In this document: positions 9,754-18,683 of the stretch, one piece after another
Position numbering within the stretch: the stretch's first letter is position 1
Layout: the number at the start of each line of letters is the position of its first letter
NCBI GenBank assembly: GCA_016296285.1
Contig: JAEDJP010000002.1
Span: 1 to 38,813, forward strand
From: Bacilli bacterium
Lineage (GTDB): Bacteria > Bacillota_I > Bacilli_A > RFN20 > CAG-826
Length of the DNA: 38,813 nucleotides
Direction: 5' to 3'
Translations under genes and position numbers: made by a program
Notes under the pieces: generated by a model
What the model saw: only the letters and a program-made list of their open reading frames with translations
Told to the model about the DNA's origin: nothing
Database searches by the model: none

Positions 9754-11089
9754 GTCTTTGGGTGATAAATTCGCCGGCATTTTCAAGAAGATGCGCGGCA
9801 ACGCGACGCTGACCGAGAAGAACATGGACGACATGCTGAAGGAAATTCGCGTCGCCTTGCTTGAGGCCGACGTCAATTTCAAGGTCGTCAAGGCTTTCGT
9901 CAACGACGTGAAAGAGAAAGCCATCGGTCAGGACGTCTATCACAAGGTCAATCCTTCCCAGATGGTCGTCAAGATCGTTCATGACGAGATCCAAAGCCTT
10001 TTGGGCGAGGAACAATGCGGCCTTACCGTCGAGTCAAGCGGGCTCACCTCCATCTTGCTCCTCGGCCTCCAAGGCACCGGCAAAACGACGACCGCCGGGA
10101 AGCTTTCCTATCAACTCGCGAACAAAGAAGGCAAAAAGGTCCTCGTGGCCGCGCTTGACGTCTACCGTCCCGGTGCGATCGAGCAACTCGAGGCCGTCAT
10201 CGGCAAGACGTCCGCGTCTTTCTTTTCCCTCGGGAAGGACAAAGACCCGGTCGATATCGCGAAAGAAGCCAAGAAGAAGGCTCTCGCGGAGGGATATGAC
10301 GTTCTCATCCTCGATACCGCAGGCCGTCTCCAAATCGATGAGGGGCTTATGGAAGAGCTTCGTCGCATCAACCACGAGATCCACCCGACCGAGGCCCTGC
10401 TTCTCGTGGACGCGGCTGCCGGCCAAGACGCGGTGAACGTCGCGAACGTCTTCAACAAAGAGCTTCGCTTGACCGGCATCATCATGTCGCGTCTCGACGG
10501 CGATGCCCGTGGTGGCGCGGCTTTGTCCATCAAATACCTGACGGGGCTCCCCATCAAATACGCGGGCGTCGGCGAGAAAGTGAGCGACATTGAGCCGTTC
10601 TATCCCGACCGCATGGCGGACCGCATTCTCGGCATGGGCGACGTCGTCACCCTCGTTGAGAAGGCCAAAGAAGCCGTCGACGAGAAGCAAGCGGAGAAAG
10701 ACGCGAAGAAATTCCTTGACGGGGATTTCACCTTGGAAGACATGCTTCGCCAGATGAAGCAAGTCCAGAAAATGGGGTCCATGAAATCGCTTTTGAAGCT
10801 GATTCCCGGCATGCCGAAAATCTCGGATGAAGACCAAGCGCGCGGGGAACGGGAGATGAAGACCTTCGAGGCCATCATCAATTCGATGACCCCGTACGAG
10901 AGAAGGCACCCGGAGACCCTCCGTTATTCGCAGAAGAACCGCATCGCGAAAGGCTCGGGCAAAACGAACGCGGACATCAACCGCGTCCTCAAGAAATACG
11001 AGCAATCCAAAGAGATGATGAGACAGATGAAGCAGTATTCCAAGACGGGGAGAATGCCACGCGGAGGAAATAACCCCTGGGGAAGATAA
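9743..11089 (+). CDS. ffh: Signal recognition particle protein Ffh
   Basis: 448 aa. GLQGTGKTTTAGKLS, DTAGRLQ, SRLDGDARGGAALS, Met-rich M domain. SD GGAGGA at 9729-9734. Confidence 0.95.
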   Translation: MAFESLGDKFAGIFKKMRGNATLTEKNMDDMLKEIRVALLEADVNFKVVKAFVNDVKEKAIGQDVYHKVNPSQMVVKIVHDEIQSLLGEEQCGLTVESSGLTSILLLGLQGTGKTTTAGKLSYQLANKEGKKVLVAALDVYRPGAIEQLEAVIGKTSASFFSLGKDKDPVDIAKEAKKKALAEGYDVLILDTAGRLQIDEGLMEELRRINHEIHPTEALLLVDAAAGQDAVNVANVFNKELRLTGIIMSRLDGDARGGAALSIKYLTGLPIKYAGVGEKVSDIEPFYPDRMADRILGMGDVVTLVEKAKEAVDEKQAEKDAKKFLDGDFTLEDMLRQMKQVQKMGSMKSLLKLIPGMPKISDEDQARGEREMKTFEAIINSMTPYERRHPETLRYSQKNRIAKGSGKTNADINRVLKKYEQSKEMMRQMKQYSKTGRMPRGGNNPWGR

Positions 11090-11092
11090 GCC

Positions 11093-12958
11093 ATGCCTGG
11101 CATCAAAGAGCCGATCTACGAGCCGCGCAAATTCTACGAGCAAAGCCTGAAGCAGCAATACCATGATGAGGCCTCGCGCTTTTTCGACGAGCTTGTCGCC
11201 TCTTCAAAGGTCGATGTCGAGGGGAACCGGACCCATGTCGCCGACTACCGGAAAACGGCCAGCCATTTGGACACCGAGAAGAAGAACGCATCCCATTTCA
11301 AGGGGTGGCGCACGTTCCTCGTCGTGTTGATCGTCTTGGCTTTCTTCATTGGGATCGTCCTCGCCATCGCGGGTTTCGCGAATCTCGAGAAGGGGTGGGT
11401 GAGCCCTGTTTGCGGCGTGTTTTTGGTGTGCCTCGGCGTCGGCTTGCTCGCGTATCTCGTCAAGGTGCTTAATCCCAAGATCAAGGATCTCGAGGGCAAG
11501 CTCCGGGAACTCGAGAAGACAGCCCAGACGCAAAAGGATCTTTGTTTCGAGGATTTGGCGGAGTTGAACCGCAATTACGATTGGAACATCCCGGGGGAAA
11601 TCATGAAGAAAACGACCCCCGTCCTCGATCTCGATCGCTATTTCCTCGTGGGACGGTTCGCCTATCTCGTCCAAAAATTCGGCCTCCCGAAAGACTTTGG
11701 CGAAGACACGACGATTCTCGGCGTCCTCTCCGGGAACATCCAAGGGAACCCCTTTGTCCTCGAACGCGACCTCTCTGAGCAAATCGTGGATATCCCTTAC
11801 ACGGGTTCCATCGTCATCACCTGGACGACGACGCATCATAACAAAGACGGAAGTTACACGGTGACCCACACGGAAACCCTGACCGCGACCGTTTTCCACC
11901 CCGGTCCCCGCTACGACACGCAGACGCGCCTCATCTACGGGAATCAAGCGGCCCCCAATCTTCACTTCACGCGTCGCCCGACTGGGGCAGACACCCAAGA
12001 CGAGAAGAAGGTTGCTCGCTTCGTGAAGAAAAGGAACAAGATCCTCGACAAAAAGGCGAAAGAAGATTTGATGGACGATGACCCGACTACGAATTTCACG
12101 AAGATCGGGAACGACAAATTCGACGCGCTATTCGGGGCGGACGACCGCGACAACGAAACGGAATTCCGCCTGCTCTATACCCCGCTTGCCCAGAAAAACA
12201 TTTTGGATTTGCTCACGAACCCATTGCCGTTTGGCGATGATTTCGCGCAGGTCAAGGACGGCATGCTCAATAGCATCGCTTCCAGGCACTCGCAACAATT
12301 CGAATACGACGCAAATCCCGCTCGTTTCATCGACTTTGACGTGGATTCTGCGAAAACCAAATTCGTTTCTTATTGCGATGCCTTCATCCAAAATCTCTAT
12401 TTCGATCTCGCGCCGCTCATCTCCATACCGCTCTATCAGACGCACATGCCGGACGAATACATCGCGGGGACCATGGACGAATTCTCCAACTTTTCCACCT
12501 ACGAGCACGAGGTCATGGCGAACTCCTTGAATCCTGCCGCGTTCCGCCCCGACGAAGCCGATCCGCGCCTTCCTTTGATCCTCAAGGTCTCGAAAGCGGA
12601 GAAAGATGGCAAAGACGACGTGGTCCGCATTCGCGCCTATTCCTTCAAAACCACCCCGAGGACCGATTTCGTACGGAAACTCGGCGGGGATGGGCATATG
12701 CATACGATTCCCGTCCATTGGGTTCAATATGACAAGGTCGAACGCGAAGAAGGCATGGTCGTCTCCGACATCGGGGGCACGAATCGTTCTTACGCGGAAA
12801 AGATCAACGATGCGATTCGCTCCTTCGTCAAAGATGGTGCCTCCCATTACGAAAGAGGCCTTCTCGCCTATCCTGCCGACGGGAAAGACCGAAATGATGA
12901 GATTCGGCAGGCAATCCTTTCCGTCTTCTCTAAAGAGAAGGAAGGGGTTAAGATATAA
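11093..12958 (+). CDS. Uncharacterised membrane protein (cytoplasmic N-terminus, two TM helices at ~aa 73-95 and 103-123, coiled-coil stretch, ~480-aa C-terminal domain)
   Basis: 621-aa ORF. ATG lies 3 nt after the ffh stop. Hydrophobic hairpin RTFLVVLIVLAFFIGIVLAIAGF / VSPVCGVFLVCLGVGLLAYLV. No family recognised with certainty. Confidence 0.75.
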   Translation: MPGIKEPIYEPRKFYEQSLKQQYHDEASRFFDELVASSKVDVEGNRTHVADYRKTASHLDTEKKNASHFKGWRTFLVVLIVLAFFIGIVLAIAGFANLEKGWVSPVCGVFLVCLGVGLLAYLVKVLNPKIKDLEGKLRELEKTAQTQKDLCFEDLAELNRNYDWNIPGEIMKKTTPVLDLDRYFLVGRFAYLVQKFGLPKDFGEDTTILGVLSGNIQGNPFVLERDLSEQIVDIPYTGSIVITWTTTHHNKDGSYTVTHTETLTATVFHPGPRYDTQTRLIYGNQAAPNLHFTRRPTGADTQDEKKVARFVKKRNKILDKKAKEDLMDDDPTTNFTKIGNDKFDALFGADDRDNETEFRLLYTPLAQKNILDLLTNPLPFGDDFAQVKDGMLNSIASRHSQQFEYDANPARFIDFDVDSAKTKFVSYCDAFIQNLYFDLAPLISIPLYQTHMPDEYIAGTMDEFSNFSTYEHEVMANSLNPAAFRPDEADPRLPLILKVSKAEKDGKDDVVRIRAYSFKTTPRTDFVRKLGGDGHMHTIPVHWVQYDKVEREEGMVVSDIGGTNRSYAEKINDAIRSFVKDGASHYERGLLAYPADGKDRNDEIRQAILSVFSKEKEGVKI

Positions 12959-12979
12959 ACGATCTAGGAGGTTGCTAAC

Positions 12980-13645
12980 ATGGGCAATGAATTAGACGAA
13001 ACAAAAGATCCCATCAACGAACAAGGCCGTGACATTCACGTCATCGAGAAATCCCTTCCGATCACGATCGACTGGAGAAGCAAGCTTTTCACGTTCTTCC
13101 TCTGGTTCCCTCTTATCATCCCCGGAATCGTTTTCGCGATCATGAAGATCAAAGCTCGTTCCCATCTTCAGAGCTTGCAGCAGAAGATTCAGCATCACGC
13201 TTCCACGGTCGACAATTACTTGGTCAACCGCGTGAACATCCTGCAGAACACCGCTTCCTTGCTCCAGAAATCCATCAAGTTGGACCAGGAGACCTTCGCG
13301 GATATCGCGAAATACCGTAGCGGCAATTTCTCGGATGCCGAGCGCAATGAGGTCGTGAACAAGCTCGATGCTGCCGAGCGCAACATCAACGTCGCTCTCG
13401 AGTCCTATCCTGAGCTTCGCGCGCACCAGGATATCCAGTCAGCGATGCAGCAGAACAACTACACTCAGCGCGAAATCACCGCGGCCCGCGAATCCTACAA
13501 CGACGCGGTTCTCGAATGGAATTCGCTCGTCTATCAGTGGCCGACCTATCGCATCGTCGCCGCGAAAGCCGGTTACACGACCCGCATCCCCTTCTCGACC
13601 AGCAAAGCCATGAAGGAAAAGGCGGAAAGCGATTTCTTCGCGTAA
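12980..13645 (+). CDS. lemA: LemA family protein
   Basis: 221 aa. One TM (LFTFFLWFPLIIPGIVFAIM), then a LemA-like helical region ending in YPELRAHQD...REITAARESYNDAVLEWNSLVYQWPTYRIVA. SD AGGAGG at 12966-12971. Confidence 0.75.
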   Translation: MGNELDETKDPINEQGRDIHVIEKSLPITIDWRSKLFTFFLWFPLIIPGIVFAIMKIKARSHLQSLQQKIQHHASTVDNYLVNRVNILQNTASLLQKSIKLDQETFADIAKYRSGNFSDAERNEVVNKLDAAERNINVALESYPELRAHQDIQSAMQQNNYTQREITAARESYNDAVLEWNSLVYQWPTYRIVAAKAGYTTRIPFSTSKAMKEKAESDFFA

Positions 13646-13646
13646 G

Positions 13647-13716
13647 AAAAAAGCCGATTTCGAATACCCCTCTCCCTTCTTTTTCAAGGATGAGGGGTTT
13701 TCTTTTCGGCTTTTTA
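13647..13716. terminator. Bidirectional terminator between convergent lemA and trmD
   Basis: Nested hairpin aaaaaagccga ... cccctc / gagggg ... tcggcttttt, with A-run and T-run flanks. Confidence 0.6.
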
Positions 13717-13720
13717 ATCC

Positions 13721-14494
13721 TTATCGATGCAGGAATTTCTTTCCTTTTTCGAGAGCGTCCTTCTCCCATTTCGGGGTCTCGCCGCTTTCGGCTTCCGCCA
13801 AGAGTTTTTTGTCTGCTTTGGTCAGTTCAAGCTTCGCGAAGAGGTCTGGGCGATGCTCCTTTGTCAGAAGAAGGCTTTGCTTCCTTCTCCACTTCTCGAT
13901 CGCCGCGTGATTCCCGGAATAGAGGATGTCCGGGACGGTCTTCCCGTCAAATTCATAGGGTTCCGTGTATTGGGGATATTCCAGGAGGTTCCCGTTGAAG
14001 GATTCGTCCGTCAACGACTCCGCGGTGATTGCTCCATCCAAGAGGCGGATGACGGAATCGGCGATCGCCATCGCGGGGATCTCTCCGCCCGTGAGGACGT
14101 AATCCCCGATGGAGACGAGTTCGTCGACATAATCGTTGACCCGTTCGTCGATGCCTTCGTAATGACCGCAGACGATGATGAGGTCTTGCTCTTTTGCAAA
14201 GGAAACTGCCATCGATTCGTCGTAGGTCTTTCCCCGCGGGGACATCAAGATGACGTGGGAGTTTTCCTTCCGGCAAGATGCGAGGGCGTCCACGATGGGC
14301 TGGGCCTTCTCGATGAGTCCTGCCCCTCCCCCGATCGGCGGGGTATCGGTCCTGCCGTATTTGTCCTTCGTGAAGTCGCGGATGTTGACCACGTTGATGG
14401 TTGCGACCCCTTTTCCAAGGGCGCGTTTCATGATTGAGTTCGTGGTAAAGCCCGTGAACATGTCGGGGAACAAGGTCAGGATCGTGATGTTCAT
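13721..14494 (-). CDS. trmD: tRNA (guanine37-N1)-methyltransferase TrmD
   Basis: 257 aa. MNITILTLFPDMF, CGHYEGIDERV, IGDYVLTGGE. ATGA overlap with rimM. Confidence 0.95.
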   Translation of the reverse strand: MNITILTLFPDMFTGFTTNSIMKRALGKGVATINVVNIRDFTKDKYGRTDTPPIGGGAGLIEKAQPIVDALASCRKENSHVILMSPRGKTYDESMAVSFAKEQDLIIVCGHYEGIDERVNDYVDELVSIGDYVLTGGEIPAMAIADSVIRLLDGAITAESLTDESFNGNLLEYPQYTEPYEFDGKTVPDILYSGNHAAIEKWRRKQSLLLTKEHRPDLFAKLELTKADKKLLAEAESGETPKWEKDALEKGKKFLHR

Positions 14495-15000
14495 AGCATG
14501 CCCTCGACGACGTGGATCTCGATTCGCTTCGCCTCGACATCGATCGTTTTCACAAAAGCCTCGATAAAGGGGACGTAGAATGGTTTTCCATTGTCCGCCC
14601 TCTTGATTTTGAGGTTCTTGGTCGGGGCGAATTCGGTGACGGAGAGGACTTCGCCGAGCAAATTCCCCTCTTCGTCATAAGCCTTGCATCCGATGAGGTC
14701 CGCGTAACGGAAATAGCCGTCCGGCAAAGAGGCCTCGTCCTTGTTCATGTTGAGGTCGGCCCCCTTTAGGGTTTCGGCTTCCTCGATGGAATGGATTTCC
14801 TCGAAGGAAAAGAGATAGGCATCTCCTTGCCCCCGGACGCTTTTCAGAGTGAGGGGGATGGGGGCCATCCCATCTTTGACCGCGTAAAAAGTGCGCCCTT
14901 TCTTGAAGCGATCTTTTGGAAACTCCGTGAGGGAAATCGCGTGGATTTCCCCGCGAAGGGCAAAGGGTTTGAGCAAGCGTGCGACCGTGATGGTTTCCAT
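14491..15000 (-). CDS. rimM: 16S rRNA processing protein RimM
   Basis: 169 aa. The KPFALRGE N-terminal barrel motif and the position between the KH gene and trmD fit RimM. Confidence 0.88.
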   Translation of the reverse strand: METITVARLLKPFALRGEIHAISLTEFPKDRFKKGRTFYAVKDGMAPIPLTLKSVRGQGDAYLFSFEEIHSIEEAETLKGADLNMNKDEASLPDGYFRYADLIGCKAYDEEGNLLGEVLSVTEFAPTKNLKIKRADNGKPFYVPFIEAFVKTIDVEAKRIEIHVVEGML

Positions 15001-15018
15001 AAAAAGAAACGGCGGGAA

Positions 15019-15309
15019 TTACTTCCCGTCGTCCTCGTTTTCCTCGCCTTCGCTGAAGCTTTCGAACTTCAGGTGGATGTGCTGATTCGTGTCATCGGCC
15101 TTGGTGGCGATGCCCACGACCTCGCGAAGGGCGTTGGCAACGGTGCCGCGCCGTCCGATCAAGCGGGCGGTGTCGTCATCGTTCGCGATGATGGCAATGG
15201 TGACATCTCTCTTGGTCGCGCCGGGAAGTTCGCGAATGAGGACAGCGTCCGGATTGTGAACGATGGGTTTGATCAAAGGGAGAAGAATGGCGGCGTAGTC
15301 GCGTTCCAT
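15019..15309 (-). CDS. ylqC: KH-domain RNA-binding protein (YlqC-like)
   Basis: 96 aa. LIGRRGTVANALREV is a KH GXXG-type motif. TAATG overlap with rpsP. Acidic C-terminal tail. Confidence 0.85.
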   Translation of the reverse strand: MERDYAAILLPLIKPIVHNPDAVLIRELPGATKRDVTIAIIANDDDTARLIGRRGTVANALREVVGIATKADDTNQHIHLKFESFSEGEENEDDGK

Positions 15310-15587
15310 TACTTCGAGGCCTTCTTTTTGCTTTCGGCGAAGCGCGTCATGATGCCTTTGCGGGCGAGCATGGTGCGGACCGAATCCGACGGGATGGCGC
15401 CGTTATTGAGCCACTTGATCGCGAGTTCTTCGTTGATCTGGGCGGCATCGATGCCCTTGGAGGGATCGTAGACGCCGATTTGCTCGATGATGCGGCCATC
15501 TCTCGCGAAATGGGAATCCGCGGCAACGATGCGATAGAACGGATCTTCGTGACGGCCAATGCGGGTAAGTCTGATTTTGACGGACAT
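15309..15587 (-). CDS. rpsP: 30S ribosomal protein S16
   Basis: MSVKIRLTRIGRHEDPFYRIVAADS. SD AGGAG upstream. Confidence 0.95.
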   Translation of the reverse strand: MSVKIRLTRIGRHEDPFYRIVAADSHFARDGRIIEQIGVYDPSKGIDAAQINEELAIKWLNNGAIPSDSVRTMLARKGIMTRFAESKKKASK

Positions 15588-15617
15588 GGTAGTGCTCCTT
15601 TTCTTTCAACGGGGAAT

Positions 15618-15646
15618 ACTTTATGCACCCCGAAGAGCGGTGTCAA
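15618..15646 (-). promoter_or_regulatory. Candidate rpsP promoter TTGACA-17 nt-TAAAGT (minus strand)
   Basis: Reverse complement of tgtcaa (15641-15646) and acttta (15618-15623), with exact 17-nt spacing. Confidence 0.45.
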
Positions 15647-15677
15647 GCAAAATTGCTTTACACTTGGAAAATTTTCC

Positions 15678-15706
15678 TTGCCAATCCCTTGGCCTATGGC
15701 TATGAT
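15678..15706 (+). promoter_or_regulatory. Candidate rplS promoter TTGCCA-17 nt-TATGAT
   Basis: ttgcca 15678-15683 and tatgat 15701-15706. Leaves a ~90-nt 5' UTR before ATG 15804. Confidence 0.4.
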
Positions 15707-15803
15707 AATCCACGCGTGGAAACACGCTACGCAGGCTCCGCTGGTCCACGTCACGGGCGAATGAACCTGAAGAGAACCCTAAATGCTGAAGGAGGAATGA
15801 CCC

Positions 15804-16151
15804 ATGAACAACAACCTTGTCAATGAGATCACTGCCCGTCAGCTTCGCCAAGACATTCCTGATTTCTCGAGCGGCGACACCGTCAAGGTCTACGTCCGTA
15901 TCATCGAGAACAAGAAGGAACGTAACCAGGTCTTCGAAGGCGTTGTCATGCAGCGCCGCGGTTCCGGTGTCTCTGCCACCTTCACCGTTCGCAAGATCTC
16001 CGCTGGGATCGGCGTTGAGCGCACCTTCCCCGTGAATGCCCCCTCGATCGCCAAGATCGAAGTGGTCAAGCACGGCAAAGTCCGCCGCAACAAGATCACC
16101 TACATGCGCAAACTCTCTGGCAAAGCTGCTCGCATCAAAGAAGCGAAGTAA
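15804..16151 (+). CDS. rplS: 50S ribosomal protein L19
   Basis: 115 aa. [18 protein letters not shown]...[10 protein letters not shown]...[17 protein letters not shown] at 15791-15795. Confidence 0.95.
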   Translation: MNNNLVNEITARQLRQDIPDFSSGDTVKVYVRIIENKKERNQVFEGVVMQRRGSGVSATFTVRKISAGIGVERTFPVNAPSIAKIEVVKHGKVRRNKITYMRKLSGKAARIKEAK

Positions 16152-16173
16152 GAGAGAATCCCAATTCGTGACG

Positions 16174-16199
16174 AAGGCCCGCGGTGCGGGCCTTTTCTC
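16174..16199 (+). terminator. Rho-independent terminator after rplS
   Basis: aaggcccgc ggt gcgggcctt followed by ttttctct. Confidence 0.7.
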
Positions 16200-16221
16200 T
16201 TGCTCCCTACGCACGCGCGGA

Positions 16222-16250
16222 TTGCCGAAAAGGGCGGAGACACATATAAT
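16222..16250 (+). promoter_or_regulatory. Candidate lepB promoter TTGCCG-17 nt-TATAAT, ATG 9 nt downstream
   Basis: Exact 17-nt spacer. No SD between the -10 box and ATG 16260. Confidence 0.5.
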
Positions 16251-16259
16251 TTTTCCGAT

Positions 16260-17204
16260 ATGGCTGACGAAAAGGACGAGAAAGGGAAACCGACGGGTTC
16301 ACCCCTTCCCCCGAAACGAAAAAAATGGAAACCATGGCACATTGTCCTCGACGTTGTCGCGGGCATTGTCATTTTTTGCAGCTGCGCGGCCATCGTCAAC
16401 GTTACGTATCTCAACGTGAGTTTCAACGAGCCTTTCTTCGTGAACGGCATGTCGATGTACCCGACCCTCAACAAGGACGGGAAACGCCTTGAAAACGGCT
16501 CTTACCGTCCCTTGACTTGGGATGACCGGAGCAACCTCGTGGGCGATATCGTGGATTTTGGGTACGCGAAGACGGGGGACAAAGGCTCTTGGCGCGATTC
16601 CTTGGCTCGTTATGACGTGGTCGTGTCCTTTTATCCCGATGACTACGACGGGGAAGGATTGGTCCTCCCGGGTCGCGAAGCCAAGATCAAGCGCCTCATC
16701 GGCTTGCCGGGGGAAACCTTGACCTTCGAGACGGTGGCAAGGACGCCGAACGCAGATGGAACGGGCGGCATGGAAAGCGTCGCGGGAGCGGAGGCGGTCT
16801 ACGTCGAAACGTATTCCGAGGACTATAACCCTGCGTGGGGAAAGACGACCATCCTTCACGAAGATGGCACGGAAGAGGTCCTGAAGCCCCTCTATTCGGA
16901 GAAGGATTATCCTGCGATCAATGGGCGAAAATACCCAAACGCCGCGCTTCCGAGCAACTTGCAAAAGAAAACATGGGTTTTGGGCGAGGACGAATATTTC
17001 CTGATGGGCGACAATCGCGGCGGATTCCTCTATTCCCGCGATTCCCGCGATCGCGGCCCCGTCAAGGAAAACATGATCATCGGGAAGGCTTATCTCATCA
17101 CGGGGCAACGAAAGATCGTGAGTTCTTCGGATGGCCTGCAAGCGAAGTTCCAGCTTGGCTCGCTGCTCATGCCGTGGGACTATAAACATTTGGACATTCA
17201 CTGA
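16260..17204 (+). CDS. lepB: Signal peptidase I
   Basis: Catalytic boxes NGMSMYPTL, IKRLIGLPGE and GDNRGGFLYSRDSR, plus an N-terminal TM. Start set at ATG 16260 rather than the ORF-track start at 16200. Confidence 0.88.
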   Translation: MADEKDEKGKPTGSPLPPKRKKWKPWHIVLDVVAGIVIFCSCAAIVNVTYLNVSFNEPFFVNGMSMYPTLNKDGKRLENGSYRPLTWDDRSNLVGDIVDFGYAKTGDKGSWRDSLARYDVVVSFYPDDYDGEGLVLPGREAKIKRLIGLPGETLTFETVARTPNADGTGGMESVAGAEAVYVETYSEDYNPAWGKTTILHEDGTEEVLKPLYSEKDYPAINGRKYPNAALPSNLQKKTWVLGEDEYFLMGDNRGGFLYSRDSRDRGPVKENMIIGKAYLITGQRKIVSSSDGLQAKFQLGSLLMPWDYKHLDIH

Positions 17205-17206
17205 TT

Positions 17207-18064
17207 ATGGCACTGCAAAACGTACATTATTTCCCAGGACATATGTCGAAGGCTCTCGACAAGATGAAAGGGTTCGTGAAATCCGTGGACCTGATCGTCG
17301 AGGTCGTGGATGGACGCGCTCCGTTAAGCAGCAGGAACCCCTTGCTTCGCGAGCTCGCCGGAGCCAAGCCCATTCTCCTTTTGCTTTCCAAAAGCGACTA
17401 CGCCGATCCCAAAATAACGGGGGCGTGGATTCGTTATTTCGAGACAAATGGCATTCCGGCGGTCGCGGGGAACCTGCGTAAAGACCGGTTCGTCACCTTG
17501 CTTTCCTCCGCTGCGGAACCCTTGGTGAAGAAGAAACGCGAGAAGGAAGCCCGCTTCGGGATGATCCCCCAGCCCATCCGCGTCATGATCATCGGCATCC
17601 CCAACGTCGGCAAAAGCACCCTCATCAACAACCTGGCCGCAAAAAAGAAAGCCAAAGTCGGCAATAAAGCCGGCGTCACTCGAGCGGAGCAATGGATCAA
17701 GCTCAACGATGACTTTGTCGTCTTGGACACCCCGGGCATCCTGCCGATGAATTACCCAGATGCTGCCCAAGCGATCCGTCTCGCCTTGCTTGGTTCCATG
17801 AAAGAAGAGGTTCTGCCGACCCTCGATCTTTCGATTGCCTTGCTCGGCTATTTGAAGGAAAACTACCCCGATTCCCTTCGCGAACGATTTGGGATTGAGA
17901 ATATCGCGCCCTTGAGCTCTGCCGAGATCTTGGAACGCATCGCGCTCAGACGCGGCTTGCTCGAAGGATCGAAACCCTCGGAAGAAAAAGCCGCTTATGC
18001 GTTGATCAAAGAATTCAAAGACGGGATTCTTGGCCGTCTTTCCTTGGAAATCCCCGATGCTTGA
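17207..18064 (+). CDS. rbgA: Ribosome biogenesis GTPase A (YlqF/RbgA)
   Basis: 285 aa. HYFPGHMSKA. Circularly permuted GTPase order (LLSKSD before GIPNVGKSTLIN, DTPGIL). Confidence 0.92.
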   Translation: MALQNVHYFPGHMSKALDKMKGFVKSVDLIVEVVDGRAPLSSRNPLLRELAGAKPILLLLSKSDYADPKITGAWIRYFETNGIPAVAGNLRKDRFVTLLSSAAEPLVKKKREKEARFGMIPQPIRVMIIGIPNVGKSTLINNLAAKKKAKVGNKAGVTRAEQWIKLNDDFVVLDTPGILPMNYPDAAQAIRLALLGSMKEEVLPTLDLSIALLGYLKENYPDSLRERFGIENIAPLSSAEILERIALRRGLLEGSKPSEEKAAYALIKEFKDGILGRLSLEIPDA

Positions 18065-18683
18065 CCTCGAGAAATCCTATTATTCGGATAACGTCCTCGC
18101 GATCGTCGGCGTCGACGAAGCGGGACGCGGACCCCTCGCCGGCCCCGTCTGCGCCGCCGCGGCCATCTTGCCCGCGGATTATCAGAACGACTTGATCAAC
18201 GACTCGAAACAGCTGACCGCGAAGCAACGCGATGTCTTGTACGAGGAAATCAAGGCACATGCCCTTTCTTATGGCATCGCTTTTGCTTCCGCCGAGGAAA
18301 TCGACCGCCTGAACATCTACGCCGCGACCCAGAAGGCCATGAAGGAAGCGATTGCCCAGCTGAACGCGCCCTATCAGCTCATCTTGACGGACGCGATGCC
18401 TTTGAAGGGCCTTTCCGCGCCTGTCGTCCCCATCATCAAGGGAGATGCCAAGGCCATGTGCATCGCTGCGGCTTCGATCCTCGCCAAAGTCACGAGGGAC
18501 CGGTACATGGAAGAGCTCGAGGCGAAATACCCCCAGTTTTCGTTTGGCACCCACAAGGGATATGGGACGAAAAAACACATGGAAGAGCTCGAGAAATACG
18601 GGCCGATTGAGGGGGTTCACCGCAAAACGTTTGCCCCCGTCGCGAAATTCTACACAAAGCAACTGACTTTATTCGAAATTTGA
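18057..18683 (+). CDS. rnhB: Ribonuclease HII
   Basis: GVDEAGRGPLAGPV, DSKQL, AAASILAKV. ATG 18057 overlaps the rbgA end. Confidence 0.92.
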   Translation: MLDLEKSYYSDNVLAIVGVDEAGRGPLAGPVCAAAAILPADYQNDLINDSKQLTAKQRDVLYEEIKAHALSYGIAFASAEEIDRLNIYAATQKAMKEAIAQLNAPYQLILTDAMPLKGLSAPVVPIIKGDAKAMCIAAASILAKVTRDRYMEELEAKYPQFSFGTHKGYGTKKHMEELEKYGPIEGVHRKTFAPVAKFYTKQLTLFEI

